Below are positions 59,382 to 64,000 of a stretch of 64,000 bases of DNA, piece after piece (positions within the stretch are counted from its first letter, which is position 1; the number at the start of each line of letters is the position of its first letter). A program made the translations under genes and the position numbers. This DNA is from an uncultured candidate division Zixibacteria bacterium. GTDB taxonomy: Bacteria; Zixibacteria; MSB-5A5; RBG-16-43-9. The notes under the pieces are model-generated. The model was not told the origin of the DNA. It saw only the letters and a program-made list of their open reading frames with translations, and searched no databases. Location of the stretch: contig OY970208.1 of NCBI GenBank assembly GCA_963713865.1, positions 2,048,001-2,112,000 on the forward strand. The letters run 5' to 3'.

Positions 59382-59423
59382 TATATCTCTCGTCTAACAT
59401 CTTACTTCTCACCTCTTACTTTC
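59382..59423. repeat. Degenerate heptamer array (x6)
   Basis: tatatct ctcgtct aacatct tacttct cacctct tactttc. Confidence 0.65.
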
Positions 59424-59747
59424 TTATAGTATCTCACCGCATTTCCTGCAAATGCGAACTTTATTCAGCATTTCACCAGTCTCGGACTTTAACAACCTAT
59501 AGCTTACCTTAGTAGGTGAAGAACATTTGGAACAATATAACATCAAATTTGAAACTTCAATCGAACCTTCCTTTTCCAGGATTCCACCTTTTGGATTCTT
59601 GGAGGTAGGGCGGGAATGCTTCTTTATGAAATTAACCCCTTCCACTACCGCTCTGTTTTTTTCTTTAGAGATTTTAAGCACTTTACCCATTTTACCTCGA
59701 TCGTCTCCGCTGATCACCAGAACTGTATCGCCTTTTTTAATCCGCAT
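59424..59747 (-). CDS. rplX: 50S ribosomal protein L24
   Basis: IKKGDTV.VISG.D.GK.GKV, VEGVN. Confidence 0.96.
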   Translation of the reverse strand: MRIKKGDTVLVISGDDRGKMGKVLKISKEKNRAVVEGVNFIKKHSRPTSKNPKGGILEKEGSIEVSNLMLYCSKCSSPTKVSYRLLKSETGEMLNKVRICRKCGEIL

Positions 59748-59777
59748 CTTTACTCTCCTGAACTACCTTTAATCTCC

Positions 59778-60145
59778 TTATAGCACTTCAGGTCCAGAGA
59801 GATTATCTTCATAAATTGCTTCTCCCTTAACTCCCTGGCAACTGGCCCAAAAATCCTGGTCCCTTTTGGCTCAAGCTGTTCATCTATTATCACTGCCGCA
59901 TTATCAGAAAAACGAATATAGGAGCCATCTTTTCTTCTGGTCTCTTTAGTAGTTCTAACCACCACCGCCTTGCAAACATCGCTTTTCTTCACCGTCCCTC
60001 CGGGCAAAGCATCTTTAACTGTGACCACGATTATGTCTCCGATTCGGGCATATCTTCTTCTGGTACCACCAAGAACCCTGAAACATTGCACCACCTTTGC
60101 TCCCGTATTATCCGCTACTACTAATTTAGAGTATTCTCTGATCAT
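59778..60145 (-). CDS. rplN: 50S ribosomal protein L14 (apparent 1-bp deletion near 59794; canonical end SLAPEVL*)
   Basis: [20 protein letters not shown]; restoring one C gives KIISLAPEVL with stop at 59778. Confidence 0.95.
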
Positions 60146-60173
60146 AAATAGTACCTAAGGTAAGCTTTTAAAA

Positions 60174-60431
60174 CTACTTTGCCTTTTCAATGATCTCTAA
60201 AAGTCTCCATCGTTTAAGCTTAGAAAGAGGTCGGGTTTCCATAACTTTAACCAGGTCACCGATCTGGCACTCTCCTTTTTCATCGTGAGCATACAGTTTA
60301 GAGGATTTTTTAATCGTCTTCTGATAAATCGAATGTCTTAAAAGTCTTTGTACTGCAACTACTATAGTTTTCTGCATACGATTAGAAACGACTCTTCCAA
60401 TCCTGATTTTTCTTCTTTTTCTCTCTATCAT
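60174..60431 (-). CDS. rpsQ: 30S ribosomal protein S17
   Basis: G.VVS..MQKTIVV, ETRPLSK.KRW. Confidence 0.96.
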   Translation of the reverse strand: MIERKRRKIRIGRVVSNRMQKTIVVAVQRLLRHSIYQKTIKKSSKLYAHDEKGECQIGDLVKVMETRPLSKLKRWRLLEIIEKAK

Positions 60432-60475
60432 ATGGTTTTGATTTTTCTTTTAGCTTTATGGTTCAAGCTTAGTTT

Positions 60476-60706
60476 TTACTTTATTTTTCTCTCTTCTGGA
60501 GTAGCCAGCTTCCTTTTTCCCAATTCCTCTTCTCTCAGCAGAGTGTTGATCCTGGCAATATCTCTTCTTATAACCCTGAGCTTGAGTGGATTATCCAGCT
60601 CCTTGGCTGATTTCTGCATATTTAAATTAAACAACTCTTCCTCAAGTTCCTCTTTTTGCTGAAGGAGTTCTTCTTTAGTAAGATCTTTTAAGATTGCTTT
60701 CTTCAT
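60476..60706 (-). CDS. rpmC: 50S ribosomal protein L29
   Basis: ELFNL, RRDIARINT. Confidence 0.93.
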   Translation of the reverse strand: MKKAILKDLTKEELLQQKEELEEELFNLNMQKSAKELDNPLKLRVIRRDIARINTLLREEELGKRKLATPEERKIK

Positions 60707-60719
60707 ATTCTATAACCTT

Positions 60720-61136
60720 TTAATTAAACTGAGCCCTCGAAACCATTTTGGTCTTTATGGGAAGTTTATGAGCTGCCAGGTCAAAAGCTTCTTTAGCCAC
60801 TTCTGTGGTAACCCCTTCCAATTCAAAAAGAATTCTACCGGGTTTGACTACTGCTACCCAGTACTCCGGGTTCCCTTTTCCTTTTCCCATCCTGGTCTCT
60901 GCTGGCTTCACCGTAGCTGGCTTGTCTGGAAAAACCCTTATCCAAACTTTCCCACCTCTTTTTAAATGCCGGGTCAGGGCAACTCTAGCCGCCTCAATCT
61001 GTTTATCAGTAATCCAGGCAGGCTCAAGCGCTTTCAAGCCAAACTCTCCAAAATCTATATTAGAGCCTCTGGTAGCTTTTCCTCTTCTTTTGCCTCTCTG
61101 CTGTTTTCTATATTTCACCCTTTTGGGCATTAACAT
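60720..61136 (-). CDS. rplP: 50S ribosomal protein L16
   Basis: [18 protein letters not shown]. Confidence 0.97.
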   Translation of the reverse strand: MLMPKRVKYRKQQRGKRRGKATRGSNIDFGEFGLKALEPAWITDKQIEAARVALTRHLKRGGKVWIRVFPDKPATVKPAETRMGKGKGNPEYWVAVVKPGRILFELEGVTTEVAKEAFDLAAHKLPIKTKMVSRAQFN

Positions 61137-61183
61137 TTTTGTCTCCTTAAAAACTTAAAGCGTAATATAAACCTTAAACTTAC

Positions 61184-61930
61184 CTATGATTCACCAAACT
61201 CCTTATCTCTTCTTCTTCCTCTTCTTCTCTTTTTAGTCTCAGGTGTTCTTTCTTCTTTTGCCCTTTCCGGGGTCCAGTGAACTCCTTCGACTAAATTAGC
61301 TTCTTTACCAAGTATCTCTCCTTTAAAAATCCACGTCTTTACTCCAATCGTCCCATAAGTAGTATGAGCAGTGGAGGCAGCATAATCTATATCCGCCCTT
61401 AAGGTATGCAAGGGAACACGTCCCTCCATATATTTTTCAGTCCTGGCTATCTCTGCTCCAGCTAACCTTCCTCCACAGGAGATTTTTATACCTTCAGCTC
61501 CCATCTTCATTGCCGCACTGATGGCTTTTTTCATTGCCTTTCTATAGGAGATTCTACTCTCCAGTTGGCGCGCTATGCTATCCGCTACCAATTTAGCAGA
61601 AAGCTCAGGTTTGCGCACTTCGATTATATTGATATTTATCTCTTTTTGGGTCAGGTGGTGCAATTCATCCCTTAATTTGTCCACCTCCGCCCCTTTTCTT
61701 CCGATAACAATCCCGGGTCTAGCCGTATGAATATCAATGGTTATCTTTTTGGGAGCTCTAAAAATGTCAATATTTGCAATCCCAGCATGCTCTAATCTGG
61801 CAAGTGTATATTTACGAATCAACTGATCCTCTTCCAACTGCTCAGCAAAATTTTTACTGGCAAACCACCTCGAGTTCCACCATTTTACTATTCCCAGTCT
61901 CAAACCTATCGGATTTGTTTTATGACCCAA
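61184..61930 (-). CDS. rpsC: 30S ribosomal protein S3
   Basis: [30 protein letters not shown]. Confidence 0.97.
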   Translation of the reverse strand: MGHKTNPIGLRLGIVKWWNSRWFASKNFAEQLEEDQLIRKYTLARLEHAGIANIDIFRAPKKITIDIHTARPGIVIGRKGAEVDKLRDELHHLTQKEININIIEVRKPELSAKLVADSIARQLESRISYRKAMKKAISAAMKMGAEGIKISCGGRLAGAEIARTEKYMEGRVPLHTLRADIDYAASTAHTTYGTIGVKTWIFKGEILGKEANLVEGVHWTPERAKEERTPETKKRRRGRRRDKEFGES

Positions 61931-61980
61931 ACTTTTTTCCTCCTATATTTTCTAACTTGTGAACAATAATTTTGTAAAAT

Positions 61981-62454
61981 CTATCTTTTATTTTCCTTGG
62001 GCAATTTCTTCTTTACCTCTTTTCTCAACTTCTTTTCTTCCTTTTTACCCTCTTCAACTTTTTCCTTTTTCTTCTTTTCGAGCTCCTTTACTTCCTTTTT
62101 CTTTTCTCCTTCAATTTCATCTGAAACTATAATCGTTAGATGGTTGGTCCTTTTCCTGATCCGATAAGCTCTTCCCATACTACTGGGTCGAATCCTTTTC
62201 ATCATAGGACCACCATCCACGAAGATTTTCTTTATGTACAGATCTTCAGCCTTCAGTTTTGCAGTACCCTCCTGGCTTATAGCATTAGCAGTTGCAGATT
62301 TCAAGATCTTCTCAATATATTGAGCCGCATATTTGGGAACAAAGCTTAAAATGTTTAAAGCTTCTTCCACATTTTTATCTTTTATCAGCTCAACTACTCT
62401 TCTAACCTTTCTGGCTGACCCTCTGGAAAATCTTGCCCTGGCAACTGCCTCCAT
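61981..62454 (-). CDS. rplV: 50S ribosomal protein L22 with Lys/Glu-rich C-terminal extension
   Basis: SARKVR, GRAYRIRKRTNH. Confidence 0.96.
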   Translation of the reverse strand: MEAVARARFSRGSARKVRRVVELIKDKNVEEALNILSFVPKYAAQYIEKILKSATANAISQEGTAKLKAEDLYIKKIFVDGGPMMKRIRPSSMGRAYRIRKRTNHLTIIVSDEIEGEKKKEVKELEKKKKEKVEEGKKEEKKLRKEVKKKLPKENKR

Positions 62455-62487
62455 TAAAACTCCTTTCGTCTCCCCATTTTTAATTAT

Positions 62488-62775
62488 CTACTTGAGTGAC
62501 ACCGACCTCTCGGTCATCTTGCCGGAGTGAGATCTAAATGTCCGTGTGGGTGCGAATTCTCCTAACTTATGTCCGACCATATTCTCGGTTACATAAACCG
62601 GAATAAATTTGTTTCCAGTGTGAATAGCAATCGTATGCCCTATAAACTCTGGCGTAATGGTGGATCTTCTGGACCAGGTCTTGATCACCTTCTTTTCTCC
62701 AGATTGATTCAAAGCTTCAACTTTTTTCATCAAATGCTCATCCACAAAGGGACCTTTTTTCAACGAACGCGCCAT
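62488..62775 (-). CDS. rpsS: 30S ribosomal protein S19
   Basis: [21 protein letters not shown]. Confidence 0.97.
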   Translation of the reverse strand: MARSLKKGPFVDEHLMKKVEALNQSGEKKVIKTWSRRSTITPEFIGHTIAIHTGNKFIPVYVTENMVGHKLGEFAPTRTFRSHSGKMTERSVSLK

Positions 62776-62778
62776 AGA

Positions 62779-63600
62779 TTATCCTCTCCGTTTAACAATC
62801 AATCTATCCGAAAGTTTTCTCTTCCTGGTTTTATAACCCTTGGTCGGTTTACCCCAGGGAGTGCAGGGATGTCTTCCGCCTGATGATTTTCCCTCTCCTC
62901 CTCCCATCGGATGATCCACCGGGTTCATAGCTACCCCCCTGACTCTGGGTCTTCTCCCTAACCACCTGGTTTTACCAGCTTTACCATAGGAGACATTCTC
63001 ATGGTCAATATTACTTAATTGACCGAGAGTAGCATAGCATTCAAGCCGAACCAGACGAATCTCTCCAGAAGGTAATCTTAAATGACCATAATCACCTTCT
63101 TTAGCTACCAATTGAGCCGCACTACCCGCTGTTCTGGCTATCTGTCCACCTTTACCTCTTTTCAGCTCAACATTATGAATCATCGTTCCTAAGGGGATCT
63201 TAGCTAAAGGCATAGCATTACCTGGCTTTATTTCAACTTCTTCACCGGCTATTACCTTATCACCAATTTTCAATTCTAAAGGAGCCAGAATATATCTTTT
63301 CTCTCCATCTATATATTGTAAAAGAGCAATACGGGATGAGCGATTCGGATCGTACTCAATCGATACCACCTTTGCTGGGATACTAAGCTTCTCTCTCTTG
63401 AAATCTATTATCCGATAGAACCGTTTAGAACCACCACCTCGATATCGACAGGTAATTCTTCCGTAATTATTCCTTCCACCTTTCTTCTTAAGAGAAACGA
63501 TAAGTGATTTCTCAGGCTTATCCCTGGTAATCTCCTCAAAAGTAGGAAGTGTTTTAAATCTCAATCCAGGAGTTACTGGTTTAAATTTCCTCAAAGGCAT
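62779..63600 (-). CDS. rplB: 50S ribosomal protein L2
   Basis: [24 protein letters not shown]. Confidence 0.98.
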   Translation of the reverse strand: MPLRKFKPVTPGLRFKTLPTFEEITRDKPEKSLIVSLKKKGGRNNYGRITCRYRGGGSKRFYRIIDFKREKLSIPAKVVSIEYDPNRSSRIALLQYIDGEKRYILAPLELKIGDKVIAGEEVEIKPGNAMPLAKIPLGTMIHNVELKRGKGGQIARTAGSAAQLVAKEGDYGHLRLPSGEIRLVRLECYATLGQLSNIDHENVSYGKAGKTRWLGRRPRVRGVAMNPVDHPMGGGEGKSSGGRHPCTPWGKPTKGYKTRKRKLSDRLIVKRRG

Positions 63601-63634
63601 TTATACGCTCTCTCCTCACACTATAAATGAAATA

Positions 63635-63925
63635 TCAAACCGTTTCAAAAAAATCTATCTTTTCACCTTTCTTTAACTTGACAATCGCCTTTTTCCAGTT
63701 AGGTCTGGGACCCTCAAACCTGCCCATCCTCTTAACTTTGCCATGAACCACCATCGTATGAACATCTTCGACCTTAACCTTGAAGATTTTCTCAATCGCG
63801 TTCTTTATCTCTAATTTATTTGCCTTCAGGTCTACCTTAAAAGCATATTTATCCTCTTTAGTCCGAAGATCGGTGCTTTTCTCTGTTGTTAGCGGGAAGT
63901 AAATTATTTTTCTGGCAGATTTCAA
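63635..63925 (-). CDS. rplW: 50S ribosomal protein L23
   Basis: TEKS, ANKLEIK, WKKAIV. Confidence 0.95.
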   Translation of the reverse strand: MKSARKIIYFPLTTEKSTDLRTKEDKYAFKVDLKANKLEIKNAIEKIFKVKVEDVHTMVVHGKVKRMGRFEGPRPNWKKAIVKLKKGEKIDFFETV

Positions 63926-64000
63926 CTGGAAAACACCTCCTCCAGCTTTTTCAAAGCACCTTTGGTCAATAAAAGATACTCGCAGTTCAAGAGATCATAA
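63922..64000 (-). CDS. rplD: 50S ribosomal protein L4, 3' end only (partial)
   Basis: [25 protein letters not shown]; stop overlaps the rplW TTG start. Confidence 0.85.
   Translation of the reverse strand, partial: YDLLNCEYLLLTKGALKKLEEVFSS

Noticed and set aside
59750..59800. Novel C-terminal extension of L14
   Set aside because: A one-base correction restores the universal SLAPEVL* ending
1..64000. CRISPR array, cas, reverse transcriptase or transposase genes
   Set aside because: No regularly spaced ~30-nt repeats or such ORFs seen; the short tandem arrays have no spacers

Overview
Roughly 40% GC bacterial chromosome window; almost all genes are on the minus strand. The gene content suggests an anaerobic diderm. 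Candidate-phylum (Zixibacteria-like) affinity is only a guess. In order: (1) a partial, un-annotated DUF4365-like nuclease + TPR gene running off the left edge; (2) an MSHA/type IV pilus (T2SS-like) operon; (3) tRNA-Ser(GGA), preceded by a partial copy of itself interrupted by two hairpin insertions and followed by a low-GC HEPN gene; (4) a ~10 kb redox operon of Cys-rich protein, DRTGG, DRTGG-kinase fusion, [FeFe]-hydrogenase-like sensor, HydC/NuoE, HydB/NuoF, an FDH-like subunit lacking the catalytic Cys/Sec-His, and NfnAB; (5) iscR-iscS-iscU-mnmA, thiE, peptidase C26, tamAB, REC-GAF-HD-GYP, flavin reductase, site-2 protease, argS, MFS; (6) an AbiE toxin-antitoxin pair whose toxin has an in-frame C-terminal passenger with its own RBS; (7) dapF, PHP; (8) the S10-spc-alpha ribosomal superoperon. 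Non-coding structure is rich: REP-like palindromes, some inserted in frame into mnmA and dapF, and degenerate 7-8-mer tandem arrays directly after stop codons. Several single-base indels in essential genes (adk, rplN and others) point to assembly errors rather than pseudogenes.
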